Positions 1 through 14,353 of a DNA stretch of 64,000 nucleotides are shown in pieces; the stretch's first letter is position 1, and the number at the start of each line of letters is the position of its first letter. Source of the DNA: Phoronis australis (lineage: Eukaryota; Animalia; Phoronida); the NCBI GenBank assembly GCA_002633005.1, contig NMRA01000730.1, positions 112,549-176,548 on the forward strand. The letters are read 5' to 3'. The notes under the pieces were generated by a model. The model was not told where the DNA came from and did not search any database. It saw nothing but the letters and a program-made list of their open reading frames with translations. The position numbers and the translations under genes were made by a program.

Positions 1-1494
1 ATCTCTGACCAGTATCAGATGATATGGGTCACTCAAGAAGTTTTGAGATAGAAGAAGAATGTCACCATAAAATTATGTACACCGAGGTCAAAAGTTTAAA
101 AAGTTATTTAAAATAGCCATTTTATGAGCAGGGCCGGTTTATTTAAGCGTTCTGGTTTCCATAAAGGAGTACTTTAGAAGGGGACTTCTACCTACTGGAA
201 AAATTATTTACCAGGGACCAAAGCCTTACACCCTGCCCTGTGACATACGGATTTTTTTAAAAAGGTCTTAAAAGGAGATCAGTGTCAATAATATTCTTCA
301 TATCCATATTGTCATTTTTGATTTCCCTAAATCCTAAATTTCCAGCTTAATTCAGTGAACCGGAATCCAGCATTTCAGGCGAAGTAACTTTCTTTGATCT
401 TCTTGCTAATTAAGATCCGAGCCGACGTGTACTGAAATTGAACCTACATCAGCATTCAACTGTGACAGAGCAGGCCACATATGTACAGTAAGCAAATCTA
501 TCTAGTAGCCCGCGGCTGTCTATCGACCTTGTGTGAAGAAAACGAACGTTAGGGGCCATATGAAGGCCCCAGGTAATAGAGAAGGCTGAATTTCTCAAGC
601 CAGGTTTAAATTGAGGGAAATCACAGGGTGCGGTACCCGACCAAAGAATTTTTATTTGTTACGTACATGTAGGTCCACATCAGGCAGTATTTCACCCTGT
701 ATAGTTGGCTATAAACCGAAATCGAAGTTGACTGTTTGGCCGGGGTAAGGTACGTTTACCGTTACCAAAAAGAACTTTGAAACCGTCTGCGCCGCATGAA
801 AACGCGTATGAATTTCAATTGTAGATGGCCAACTCTAAAGTTGCGAATTCGAAAATAGTGCATGTACAGCTTGTAATTTGAGTTGATAACGCTGGATTTT
901 ATGAGAGTAGCCGTCTAACTAAACACGCCAAAATACAGCGTTAAAACTTTTAATTTTCGGCTGGTTACGTGTCTCGTGTGGAAATCCAATTCAATGTTGC
1001 AGGTTTTTACTCATGTATTTACATGTAGTTCAGAGAGCGACCTCCCTTCCGATTCTACCGCGTCTGGGCACGTGGTTTTGTGATTTCGTTCTGAGTAACC
1101 TGGTTACGTTCTGAGTAGAAAGTATCATCAAGTGTAAAATGAATGCAGAGTAGTTTTCAACTATTTTTTCCAAAAGAGTCCCAAGTGCATTCGTGTTAAG
1201 CTTTGTAGTAGTGACTTGTCAACTTGTTTTTTTAATAAACAACAAAAAATACCGAAACACCGCCTGAATTTTCAAAAATACTATTTTGGACCCCGAGTTT
1301 TAATTTTAGTTATTGTTACTCAAGTTTTTGCCTCATTGACTCGATTTGTGTCATTTCAGAGGCATCTTCCTGAGTTTCGAGTGCCCTTTTGGTACAAGCC
1401 TAGATTCGCCGGTGACAGTGCCTATGCGGAATATTCGTTGAATGTTATGTTGGTAGGGCCGCTGTCTGGTCGCCCAGATACCCAGCGAAAGCTT

Positions 1495-1565
1495 TGTAAA
1501 TCACGTGACTTCGGTTCATGACGTCAGACGTTGTTCGCATTCGGTTCAACATGGCGGAAGTGTGG
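1495..1565 (+). promoter_or_regulatory. Probable TATA-less core promoter of the p85-like gene
   Basis: Within 60 bp: E-box TCACGTGAC (1501-1509), palindromic CRE TGACGTCA (1519-1526), and an overlapping YY1/ETS motif CAACATGGCGGAAGT (1547-1561). A splice donor follows at 1630. Confidence 0.65.
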
Positions 1566-1629
1566 TGATACATAACGATGCTATGGAAATTTTGAATCAT
1601 GCTATGCCTTTAATAAGCCTGTTTGAAAG
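1540..1629 (+). other. PIK3R1-like: Putative non-coding first exon (5' UTR); start approximate
   Basis: Ends at the donor AAG|GTATGT (GT 1630-1631) just downstream of the promoter motifs. It would splice to the acceptor TTTTCAG|17143. No transcript evidence. Confidence 0.5.
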
Positions 1630-4600
1630 GTATGTATTCGACTGTTAGCATTAGCTATATTTGAAAATTGTAGCGGCACTGTATTGTTTCACCTAGACGT
1701 TGAGAAGTGCAGTTCTTTGCTTGGTGAATGTTTCATTCGTCCCGCTGTCCTGAGACCGGGTTGAAAGTCAAACACTGCTGATTCTTCGGTCTGTATTGTT
1801 GGATCAAACTGTTATTTTATTCACCATACCTAACTTCTTCAAGAAATTTTGACTAACTCTGATTTTAGTTGTTCTTGCATTTCAACCTCATTTTTATATT
1901 TATTCCTGTTAATAATTGCCACAATCTAAGTAAAACGGCTAAATCGGCGGTTCACTGGTGGATAGTAGTATTTCCTGGTATCACAAACAGAACCAATTTC
2001 CACCAATGGTGGGGCGGGACAAATGCAGTCATAGTTTCATGGACTGAGAAGACATCTTTCAAAATGCGTAGTGCTAGAGGAATAATTTTAATACCGTATG
2101 ACATGCTCTACATCCCATCAGATCTATCTCGAAGAAAAAATTGGGTTTGGACACTAGTCTCTTGACTAATGTAGAAAACCAGTTTCATCCATTGAATAAT
2201 GGGCTCCACATTCAGTGGTTGCCTGGTTCTCAAAATCAGCGACCATTATATCCGACTAGTGTGGACTGTTTGATTGCACAAATTACAAAATTTTGAATCT
2301 GTTATTAGTTGTGTATTTATCTCGGTGGTTCATAAAGATAGGAAATAAATTGATACTACACACATCCATTTGCTTTGTTAATTTCTTCTCCTGAGCGATA
2401 AGTTGAGTAATTTTCACTTACTTTTTCTTGTAATTTGTGACCTTTCCTCTGAGTTAAAACTGATGCACCGTATTTGGCGAAAAAGTAAAATTGTTAAGTT
2501 ATGCATTGAAATGAATCATGATACTCGGATTTGGGAAAACAATTCCTAGTCGCTTGTCTTTGCATTCTCTGTTGTTCAATTATTGCTGAAATTTTTATTC
2601 GTAAAAATCTGAAATATGCTCAGTGAATCATACTGAATCTCAATGTCTTCAACGTGTTAGTGAAAAAAATTCAAATTTTGTGAAAATTTCAAGTTTCAAC
2701 TCCAAACAATCAAAAAACAATCTCAGACGTGGTTTAAAGTTTTTAATGCACAAATTCAAAAGCTGGCAAAGTTTAGACTTTTCAGTGAAACATGTATGCT
2801 AGTATCCTAAGGCTTAAAATTCCATATCACCTTCACAATCCATTCCTTAATAGTTCAAACACTAGTCTCCCAGGGACTTGTGACTCAACACCTTATCTAC
2901 CTTGTTGGGTTATGTAATAGAATTATCTCTCAGTTCTCTCTGAATACTACCTGTGGTGAGACCACTGACCAGTGCATAAGAAGACTTGATCTCTAGTTAG
3001 GGTGGGTAACAGGTGTTATTTGTACAAGGCTTGGGATATGTTGTCCTTCATGTTGTGGGTTGTGGCCTGAGGGTGAATGTCCCAATTCCAACTGGGAAAA
3101 TGGCTACCAAGAGGAAAACCTACAAGCTTTCTCTAGGATTACAGAAAACAGATGGAATTCACAAAATCGGACTTCTTTCATATAATTAGAGATTTCTTGC
3201 GACACAATTTTTTCAGTTGCAGATACAACTATTCCATTTTTGTTTTTTATTTGCCAAAAGTTAAGAATACAATCTGTCAAATTTGACATATATTCTGGTC
3301 ACAAATTGATCGACGATCATTCTTCCTGAATATGGCACTGGTGTTTTTTCTGGTTTCAAGAAACAAAACCATTGTGTGAAGCAAGGTTTCAGGTGAAATG
3401 GAGCTGTGGTACAATTTTGCAGAAAAGGAAGTCAATTCTCAGTCCATTTTTGTGTTATTTGTCTCTGTGAAATAGTATGATGGAGTGTTCGCAGAGCAAA
3501 GAAACCCAGAATTTATGTTTGCTAAAATGGATTCCTTTGTTTTTGATAATAGAAAGCATGGTCTCTTGTAAATGAATGATGACAAAGTTTTACTGAGACA
3601 AAACTGGTCAGTTTGGCTTGTTGCCAGTGCTACAATTTACTAAAATTTTCTTACAACAACACCTGAGATGGGGTTGCTTCATTGTATTTTGGGGATGACG
3701 CGGTAATCTCTGCAGATCACGATCATGAAAAAATAATTACATTTCTCTAACCGTTCCTAATTCAGAAATACCAGCGTTCGCAATATCGTGGTTTTGTAAG
3801 TTGAAGAATGCTGTTCTGCACAAAAGCGCTTGTGATTGGTATTTCAAGAAAGGTAAACTACAAAAAGGTGCTTAGACGTTCATGGCCGATCTACGAAACA
3901 CAGTAGAGCATACGATTACCGAGAGACTTAAAAGTTAGGAGATGCATGCTGCTGAATGGTTAAATATTAAAAACTCGGTGTCATACATTTACCAAATGTA
4001 GCCTGTGGACATTTAGCTGAAGATGAACGATGAGGAACCGCTGCATGGGTACTCTACTACTGAGGTTGGTATTTAGTGAAAGGTTAACATTTTTTGTTTT
4101 GCGTCATGTTTCTGATGTCCATGCCAATCAAATCTGTCGTTAATTGTCTCGGTTGTCACTTTCTCAATCAGCATAGTGGTTGGCTTAAATGCAACATGTT
4201 GATGTGACATGTCGGATAAATCTAGACTATACCACAGTGGGATAAAGCGCACAATGACATCGCCGGATATTGTTAATTTTCCACGCCGTTGAGATAGCTA
4301 ACAAATGCATTTCAAAGGGAAACAAATGTCGCTGTAGCATTAGGTTTTAGCATGACTGTTATGGGTAGAAATGTAATCGGCCGCAAGTTAGGTACTGTCC
4401 GTACTGTCCGTACTTATAGAAAGGGCTTGGAATGCCATTATTCAATAGATGTACTTTCTGGAATGAAAAATAACTGAAAATGGATAATTTTTGGTGGTCT
4501 TGTTAGAGCTTTCTTAATCTAGAAAGGTTGTTATACTTTAGAGCCAAAATATTCACCGAGGTGATATCTGTTGCAGTTTGCTGAGGCTAGCGCCCACCCC

Positions 4601-5593
4601 TAATTTACTTCACCAAATTGATTTTCACAAGGGGCACGTTTTTAAATATAGAAATTGGATCATTTTCAAGTCACACTGTAGTTTACGGTCATCGCCGAGG
4701 ACTTCGCATTTTGAGCGTCTTTTGCAGTGCATTAAAACCGAGTAGAGTTCAGAATTGCTAGGACCTCGCTATAGAGCAAGACTTTGCGAGATTACGTGAG
4801 GTATTGCCGTGTATTTTAAATGAGAACACGTGAGTTTGGTTAGATTTTAGCAAGGTCCTAGCGTTACTGAACTCTGCCCTGGCCATGTGTGGCCGTAGTT
4901 GAAATTGACACTTATGCAGTCCATAGTCAGTCACAGACTCTCATTCCAAGATACAGCAGTCTTATTTTTGAAAAGAATTCAAAGTTTTAAGAGCATAATC
5001 TTGACTGTAAATGACATGCGTCATGGGGTCACGTGTCATTTTGTGGCTGACCTATTTTATCCCGATATAGCACATATTCGGTGCCAAGGGAACAAACTTG
5101 AATCACCTGATTATGGAAATCCGCACGAAGTCCAAGTATTGAGCTTTTTATTTTAATGTAAAATTAATTACTGAAGGCATAAACAACATGTCACAAGATT
5201 TTTGCTCGTGAAATTTGCGTTTCATTGTTTCCGCTCATCAATACGTCATTTTGCCAGGGGATTTAAAGCTTCGTCAACATTTTTGACAGAATGTTTTTCT
5301 ATCCTTCAAGTTGCAAAATTAGAACTGCAAACAAAATGAGGGAGTTTGCGCTTAGGTTCACGGTATCTTACTTTGCTTCTTCAGTGACGTTGATGACATT
5401 CATATGGTAGGTCATTCTTAAAAAAATTCGCAATTATTTTTTCAACATGTATTTTTTTTGCTATTTCAAGATTGATAGTTATGTATTTGAATGCACTTGT
5501 CGATTAGAGAGTGCCGATTTAATTTTCGACAAATTCTTAGAACTTCAAGTCTGTGGACTTCGGTTTCGAGGATCATGGGTGGCCAGAGTGACC

Positions 5594-5793
5594 CTCTGGT
5601 TCAGTTCAGGTTAAGCATCCGTGTTAGAGTAAGCGCACATCGTCAATTTCTTGAAATTTCCGATTTAAGCATCCGTCTGTGGGTTAAGAATCCATCACTG
5701 GGTTAAGTGCCCCCACCTCTGGCCCTCACCTGGCCCCCAATTTCCAAGATCGACAGATAAGCATCCTGGGTGTTAACCTGGTTGTTAACAGTA
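5594..5793 (-). mobile_element. Short degraded MITE related to the 30034-32459 element
   Basis: Repeated TTAAGCATCC/TAAGCGCAC motifs, ATTTCTTGAAATTTC, and an end GGGTGTTAACCTGGTTGTTAACAGTA. These resemble the reverse complement of that element's left terminus. Confidence 0.65.
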
Positions 5794-8700
5794 TAAGGTC
5801 ATACTGAAATTGGTGTTTTAAGAATGCATCATTTGTCTGCTCATCAGACTATCCAGGTAGGTTATAGTGTTGAGGATTTGCAGCCAAGATGTCTCTCTAT
5901 GTCTGGACGTGTCTGATGGTTTTCAAATCTTGGAGTGTAACTGGGGTAATGTCATTTTTCACCAGCTGTTTGCAAAGCCATTGAATAACTTGACTATCTT
6001 TGCCATCAATCATCTGTTATCTAGCCATTTGGACATGGACTTTGAATATTGGCAGCATGTTTCAGTAGCTAGAATTATAGAGGAGGTTCTATATAACTTT
6101 GTTTGTAGTAAGACTCATGCCCACCAATTATTAAAGAAAGCACAACTTTGATATGCTTATATACACCTTATTTTCCTGTGGAAGTCCTGCAGGTTCTCAT
6201 TTATGATATTGGAATAGGAGGTACCTACTAAGGGTCAAGTTGTGAACCCACATCAATCGCTCTGGTTTTCAATAAAGGCACCCTGGATATCAGTAGGTTG
6301 TGTTTGCTCAAGTTTGCCCCAAACGCAATACCTGGACAGCCACAAAAATAGTTACCGTAGCTGAGCCAATAGGAGGTGTGGCAGGACAACTTCGTTAAGG
6401 GAGAGAATGCCTTGGTTTTAGCACGTTGTGCGTATCTTGCATGGTTTTGTCTGTCTGCCTGTCTGTGAGGAAGGCGTTTCGTTGGAGTCAGCCGAGTTCA
6501 CCGCAAAGTCACAAAGCATTAAGCTTGGTACACGACGTCTGATTTCCATAAAAACTCAGCCAATGGCTGAGACAATGACAATGTTTGATTAATTTTCACA
6601 CTCATGCTTATGATTGACTTTGGTTGGTTAATCAACTCGCAATTTTGAAGGTTTCTTGCTTAATGACTTATCGAAGGAAGAGGTGACGGATGACTCGCCT
6701 CGCCTTCTTGACTGTATTCCATAGGTCTAAGACATTAGCGTGCATTTGTGGCAAAAAAATATCTGCTTATAAGTTGGAAACGGTGAGTTCTATTCCATAG
6801 TTCATGAATTTTATCCCATAATTCAGCATTACAACCTTACCGACCAATCAATTCAGTGTCCACCATTTTGGTAGGCTGTGCTAATAAGAACTCGAGCATA
6901 CTCGTAAACGCGCGTTCTTGGGTGATCTCGTCAGCACTCGTGATACCGCTGAAAGAGAATGCTTCATTTTCTAGGATTGAAATGGCCAGTTTCTGCATTT
7001 TGCAAGTTTTGCTGTAATTGGATAGAAAATATGCGTAATTGTCTGTCAGATGTAGGGAAAGGTCCGATAAAGGAAGGCCAGTGGGAGACGACTGTAGTGA
7101 TTCAGGACTCGTTTTGAATATAGAGTGAGAATGTAGAAATTTGTCAGGTTTGGAAAGGTGCTTGTGTCCGTGAGGGGAATTTTTTCGAGTGAGTTGAAAT
7201 ATCCCTCCCCTAAGTCGTTACCAATTCAAGACACTGCATGAGTTAAGTGATTCTAAACTTGAGGTGAACTTTTTATTCACTGGAGACAAATTTATTGGGG
7301 CCTGATGAGGGAATTATGTAACTGATTTTAAATAGTTTTTGATAAGGGCATTGGAATAGAGCTGATTGCTTTAAATGTAAACGAGTGTTAAACTTGACTA
7401 TAGACATCTTGTGCTACAAACCGAGCTTAAAATGGACCATAATTTTCTCAATTTATTCTCTTTTAAGAAATTTGACAAAGCAAAATTTCACTCATCAGCC
7501 ATATTATGTGTTAAATGGCAAAGAATTGCCATAATATAGCTGCGTTATACGGACACTGAACTTTACATCTGCAGATTAAAAGCTTGTTATTAGACTCAAT
7601 TTGTGCTGACATATTTCGTGTTGTATTGCCATGCTGTGAAATCCTATTTTCTTGGCGAACTTTGTTGTCCTTTCGGTGATTTAACATGTTTCTGCCAAAT
7701 CCCGGTGAAAAAATTCTCAGTTACTGACCTGGGTGCAACGTTTCATGAAAGCAGAGTGTCTGACAACAGTATTGGCTTATTGTGGTCACCCCACTGTTTG
7801 GAGTTATACCATTGATATCATGCCAACGATCAATGTTTTGGTATCAGACAAGTTTTGAAACTGGTGTCATGTGTAGTGACCGGAGGAGAAACAGTATTTC
7901 AAAAACGTGTGTTGAGTAGCACTCGACTGGTTCTCAAAAACATTGACGCAGGTGGGTTGCATTGGTGCATTTGAGCCAGCAGTTATAAACAAGGTATTCT
8001 TGAGGAATGAAGGTCAGAAAGGAAATTATTGTGGCTGTCTTGGCTAGTCCTTAGAAAATTAGTGTGGGTGCATTTGTGTGGCTTTTGAAAAAGATCAACA
8101 AATTATGTTGATTAGGAGCGGTGAGACGCAGGTTTCAAAATGAGTTGAGGTGTAGTTGTTGCAGACCAGAACCATGTTGCTTTTTTGGCCTAATTCATAC
8201 GTTTCTCCTGTTACCATTACTAGCATTTTTCGTTTCATGATTTTACTGCATTTTACAAACTCAACATATTAGACTTAATTGTGATATAAACTCACCTATT
8301 TCTGTGAAAAATAATTGTCAGAATTGGTCCGTTTTCAATTTTCTAGTTTCTAATTTCAAATTTAAGACTTCTGATTGGAGCCATGGTACGAAACTTGAAA
8401 ATGAAAATAGCAGTTACTTAGTACTAATTATGTTAAAAGATGGAAAAGTAAAATTTTGTCTGCCATATTGTGTCCTAAAAGTGATGGGACTTTATCATAA
8501 TTAAGTTGGGCGATTGTTTCATAACTTTCTAATTGCAGTTGTTAGAAATTCCACATGATTTTCCGCTGCAGTTGGTTTCATGTGAGTGGCATGAGTGTGC
8601 CATGTCTGGGCCTCCATTATTATTGACCTATAATAAGCCGTAATGGCACAACTGGGTTACGTTGATAAGGTATTGTGCGGTTTATGGATTTTCATACTTA

Positions 8701-10140
8701 TAAAGAGCCTGTTACCATTGTATTTATTAGTTACTGGATGCGCTCAGCTGGCCATCAATAAAACGAATTTACAGCATACCTAACCAAGGTGAGGCTGGAA
8801 CTTGGTCAAATTTGTCTGGTTGAAGTTATTTCCTTGATCGATATACCCCCCCCCCATTCGTGGTATGAATTGTGGTGAATGTGGTGAATATATTTTTCCA
8901 CTTAGGATATGTGTGTTAATGGTTACTATTTCAAATGCAAGGCCAAATGCAAAATAAAAATGCGCTAGATATGCATATAGAAAACAACTTCGCTTTAGGA
9001 GTACTCGGTAGCTTCTTATGGGAAATTTCATAGTAATTGGTTGTGCAATGCGTCCTCTATAGGAAAACACGTTTTTGTCCCGAAATCGAGGTGCCCAAAC
9101 GTAATGGCCGATGTTTCTGCCATCTTTAACTGGAAGTGAATGGTTTAAATGGCTCATCTATAGTGCTTGTTTGCTACAATAATTTTCAACCCAGCCGTGT
9201 GCGTCAAATATTTGGCCTTTATGAGCATTTGAGTCTGAATTGGAAAACAAAATGGCCAATCTTTTCGAAAAACAAGCGTGCAGCTATTCTGGGGCTAGAG
9301 GTTGTGTGTGAATTTCGTGCGAATCGGACGAAAAATGTAACCTGTAGAGTGTGAACAAACAAAAAAACTCAAAAATTGAAACATTTTGCTTAGTAATGTA
9401 AACATGATTAAATGGTTACATAACCCAAGACTGGCATGTTTGGTCTTAGGTCTTAGGTCTTACTTATGTCATTAGCTCTAAAACCTGCCATGGTTCACAG
9501 CTAGGTCTCTAGAGCGCGGTCAATGACCTTGTCGATGGGTCTTTTGAGCCCAGCATGCGTGTTGCGAGTTGTCATAGCAAAAGAGACGTCCCTTGCCAGA
9601 GCAGTTCATTACTGTTACAAAACTCAGGTAAGGCTGAATCATTTGCCTACTTCTGTCGCATTGAAAAGTTCAGTAAAAGTAAGTTTTTGTTATAAGTTGT
9701 TATTCACCGACAAAACTATTTGAAGAATCCTACTGGCCCTCTGGAATTGTAGAATTGAGATCAGCGACATAGGACCATTCAGTTTGATGCTAGGCATTTT
9801 GGGATCGCGTGTCAGCATCTATTGTTGACTGTTTTACGAACTAGCAAGTCTATGATCAGACCCTGTTGATACAAAACACACAGGGCCCTCACTCTCCTAA
9901 GGGGAAAGGTGCCTGTACCGTCTGAAAAGGGTAATTTTTGCGGTGTTTTTTATTAAGAGGGATTTTCACAGCGTTTTTTACTAGGAAGATGTTTTTTGTT
10001 ATGTTCATTTGCTGCACTGTTTTTTATGACAATACTTATGCTTTAACAAATAGCAAACTTGTATCAGTTTCAAGTTATACAATAAAAAGTAACCCACTGT
10101 TATATCCAACATTTATCTGTACAAGAGCGAGTGAAGATGT

Positions 10141-10237
10141 CTGTGCGTGCGTGTGTGTGTGTGTGTGCGTGCGTGCCTTCATGACTTCGTGAGTGCCTGC
10201 GTGTGTGCCTGCGTGCTTTGCGTGCCTACGTGTGTGT
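10141..10237. repeat. (TG)n/(TGCG)n compound microsatellite
   Basis: Direct reading of the sequence. Confidence 0.9.
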
Positions 10238-10457
10238 AGAGGGCATTCAGTGAGGCTCTACTTGAAGGTTTGACGAGATCCACGAGTCTCTGACGTCGCT
10301 GAGCACTTGCTTAACTTTAACAGAGAATACATGACCTCTAGTTTGTTCTTGTACAGCTTTGTTAGGGCAACATTGTTTTGGTGTGCTTTGCTGAACATAT
10401 GTTCTTATTACCATGGAAACTTAGAGGTGAAGTAACTTTGAGTTGCCAGTGGTTCAG

Positions 10458-10735
10458 CTTGTTCATATTCCTGGACTTGTTCATATTCCTGGACTTGTTC
10501 GTATTCCTCGACTTGTTCGTATTCCTCGACTTGTTCGTATTCCTCGACTTGTTCGTATTCCTCGACTTGTTCATATTCCTCGACTTGTTCGTATTCCTCG
10601 ACTTCTTCGTATTTCTCGACTTGTTCGTATTCCTTCACTTGTTCAAGTTCTTTTACTTGTTCAAATTCATTGACTTGTTCGTATTCTTTGACTTCTTCAC
10701 ATTCCTTGACTTGTTCATATTGCTTGACTTGTTCA
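10458..10735. repeat. 18-bp minisatellite, about 15 copies (CTTGTTCGTATTCCTCGA)
   Basis: Direct reading. It produces the FLDLFV, EEYEQV and NKSRNT repeat ORFs. Confidence 0.97.
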
Positions 10736-13270
10736 ATAAAAAGTAATGGAGGGTATCCTGTGCCTGCTTCTGGGTTAATGGGAGAATACAAAGGTCTGTT
10801 TATGGTGTGAACAGGTAATAATAGGTTTGAGGTTGGATAATAGAAAAAGGTTATGTTTGTGATACCAATCATTTATTTTATGTTCTGTCAGAGGTGATGG
10901 AAAGCATTTTCACTTGGATTCGGTTGACTAATTTCGAGCAAGATCCAGTGTGGTTGACCTTGTTCAGCCCGAAATGTCTTGATCATGTCTGAGTTCAAGG
11001 AAAAGCCTGGTCATGTTTCATCCTCATTTCTTGTGAATATGTATTACCTGGTTAGTCACGTTGCGATTAGGCCTATCGCAAATCTGACTACTTTATTGTT
11101 TGTTTCCATACTTGAAAGAATCTTGTTTCCGGCAGTCTGAATGTTATAGGTTTGACGTTACGTAAGTTAGAAGATCTGACATTTTCATAGAGTTGAAATT
11201 TAACCAGCAAGCATTCTCGTTGGTTTCAGTTTCATCTTTTTTGGTTAGGACTATTTCAGTCTTGGCTTCAGTGAGTTTGTGGAAAAAATCTGTAAAAATA
11301 TGAAACAAAAATCATGCACACTGGAATTAGTAATGCCATAAAACATCTAGAAATTCACTAAAAGATGCCACTTTGTAATATGGAGCAATGAAATATGAAC
11401 AGTCAAAATACTCTCAGCAACAGATTGAAAGCAGCTATGCACCCACCTTATGTCACAAAAAAATGATTTACCATCATCAAATTGGTCTCAAATTGTTCCT
11501 TAGTAAAAAAATGTGAGTTTTCGTGGCTTCGAAGGATGTGATGGCCTTCATTTTTTCTTGAAACCTGTCTCTTTCAATTGATTTGTCATGGAGTATCATT
11601 TTACTAGACAAGCATGGTCTTGATGCCTGAAATACGGAGTGTTAGTTCTCTGCAAGATGAAAAATCACGTGTCATCGAAGTGAGTAAGAAGTTGAGACAG
11701 ATTTTATTGAGTTACCGACATTTACCGTATGTGCTGTAAATTAACGTTTAGTTTGTTGGACGCAGGCGCTGAATCTATTCCTCTCTGAGGCTGATCTCAG
11801 AAAATGACCTGAATTGTGTCCCCACTGCGCTGGAATCACTGCCAGAAAAAGAGGCCATGCAATATTTTGTGGCGGCTTCCCAGTTTTTATGTGCCCCGAC
11901 CCATGATTTGAAAATTGCTCATCTGTGATAGTCTCCGTTCCTCTGTTTCATCCATCCCTCTCTGGCTGGATGCTTGTTGACGCTTGTATTGCTTTCGGTG
12001 CTTTCGGAGATATCATTATTCATCGTCAATTACATTTTCTGTAGCAAGCATTAAAGTACAGAATTGTTATCAATCTTAAACAATCCACTCGACTGGATCA
12101 TTTATTTTGTATTAAAGATTCTGTTGAGCCCACTTGCAATTACTGAAGCACACCTTGAGATTTCTTTCAAGTTGTTAATGTTAATTGGTTTGTGGCTTTT
12201 CTATGTGATGTGAAGCTGTTTTGTAATTGGCGTGAAATTCAAAACCTCAGTGAATGCTGGTTTCAGTTTTCGTGGAAAAGTTTTGAAGAAGAACGTACAC
12301 TGTATTTGGTGACGGGGTGTTTTGAAATCTGCAATCGAAGCCTTCAAAGTTTGTCAGCCAGGTTTCATTGCCAATCTACAGCACATCCATTTTATCTGTG
12401 TTCTAGTCAACTTAACACAAGATGATTAGTAATTAGTGTCTGGTTTTATTAATGCAGATGTGTGCAGTTCCTTTTGAATGGGTCAATGAAGGCTTTTCGG
12501 GACCAAAGTAGGAAGCATTATGGTGCCTTTATTTTCCAGGGATTATTATTACAACTCCAGACAATTTACCTGCTTTATCATGGCCAGTAAACACCACTTT
12601 ACTCCCTTTTGAAATTGTTTTTTCAGCTCAATCAGACATATTGCTTACAAAGCTGAGTAATGTCAATGTTTTTTAGCTTGTGAAATTTGCTGTTTTGAAA
12701 AACATCTTTTTTCAGATGGTTATGTTTGTGTCTAGATTAGTTTTAGTTAAAACTGAATTGTAAAGTTACAGATGACAAATTTGTTGTAAAATAGCTGTTG
12801 TGTTCATTTGGTGTTTGAGCATGTCCACCACTCTTTCGATGTGGGGTAAGGGTCTATTTGGTTCTAAAGATCAGATGTTGTGATGGGATGTTTGTTCAAA
12901 TGGACTCATGATTGTCACATGTATTCATAACATCTCCATTAACCCAAGGTCCTGCTACATCAATCTATTATTCTTGATCTTCATGTGAGCTTAAACTTTT
13001 ACCATTACATGACCCAATTTAAAAATGTGGGTGACCAGCCCAGGAGTTCCATGTTGGTAAGCCACAAACATTCTTCATTGGTGGCCTTGATGTGACCTTG
13101 AAGTGGTGTTGATGTTACGTTTTTGTTACCTTCTCCTTGATGGCGGCTGACCTAGAAGTGTCTGTTGCCACGAACTGTTTAAGCCCATCTCAGAGGAGTG
13201 ACAGGGCGCCTTTCACTTTAGGGGAAAGGTGGCCTTCCCCCATGTCGCTACCCCTCATCGGCTCTGCCTC

Positions 13271-13336
13271 AGCTGGCCTGTGTTGAGTTAGAAGCAAAAG
13301 CTTCTATCTCAACACAGGCCAGCTTTTGCTTCTAAC
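13271..13336. repeat. Overlapping inverted repeats (hairpin)
   Basis: AGCTGGCCTGTGTTGAGtTAGAAGC-aaaa-GCTTCTAtCTCAACACAGGCCAGCT gives 25-bp arms with one mismatch. Separately, 13287-13302 is the reverse complement of 13321-13336. Confidence 0.9.
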
Positions 13337-13962
13337 CTCGATGGCTATTTTTAATTGTTCCATTGAAATTTTTCGGTCAGACAGTAATTTCATATGATTT
13401 TTAAGAATTTTCGAAAGAATGTGTCTGATATTTGAGGATCGAGGGTACTGGGCACATCACTTGACATCTAAGTTACATTTGTGATTGACTACGTAACATG
13501 TCACGTGACGTGTTGTGACTGTTACCTGACAAGCTGTGGAAGTCGAGCATGTTCAACTTGATGCCACTTTTGGCTCATACTTTACTTTCAAGTGGGACGA
13601 GTGAATGCTGTTACTGACCAATCAAACCTCGTATTAAGCATTATCAATGTTATTCCTTCCCACAATTCCACATTCCATCTTTATAACACCGTTCTACCAG
13701 CTTGTGATAATTTGCTGAAAGTTTAACTCAGTATGCAGTTACAGGGATGAGGGCAATGTGGACAGAAAGAAGAACTGGGTCACGAATTTGGGTCAACTTG
13801 GGAACAAATCCTTTGATAGTATTTTGAATGACACGTTGGAATCGTGCAGCACTGTTGAACATGCAGATTGCTTACAAAATGCAAATCTCACCAGCTTGTT
13901 CACTTTATTCTAAATTTTGTCATTTTTGTTTCATCCCAACTATTATAGTAAACTGTATGTAT

Positions 13963-14353
13963 GGCCTTTCCCACCAGTGTCGACATATTGCTATTTAGGG
14001 TAGCGCCTGTCAGTGGGAAGTGAGAACACTTAAATTCGGCTTATGAAACGTGGTTAAAAGCTTAAATTTACTTCGCAGTAAACAAGTGGATTTAACAGTG
14101 AAGCATTGACACGTCGCTATAGTGGGAACACGAACCTTCGGTGTCCATCGAATTTACCAGCAGGGGTCACTGCTATGGCAATAATTAATAGTATTCTTAT
14201 TACACTACCTTGTGTTAACTTCAATGACAATAGCATCACCTAGCGATAACTCCGATGTCTGTTAACTACCGAAGCTAACCAGAATGCTCAAATCAGCTTC
14301 GCAGCTGACGTTGACGGTTCGCTAGTACCAGATTTAACTTGATGGAAAAGGTC
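13963..14353 (+). mobile_element. Non-autonomous DNA transposon, PIF/Harbinger-like, copy A
   Basis: Imperfect TIRs GGCCTTTCCCA...TGGAAAAGGTC. Colinear similarity to 20383-20892. Confidence 0.6.

Noticed and set aside
1-1490. Divergent neighbouring gene, or the 1216-1521 ORF
   Set aside because: There is no recognisable protein or exon chain. It looks like upstream sequence with repeat remnants.
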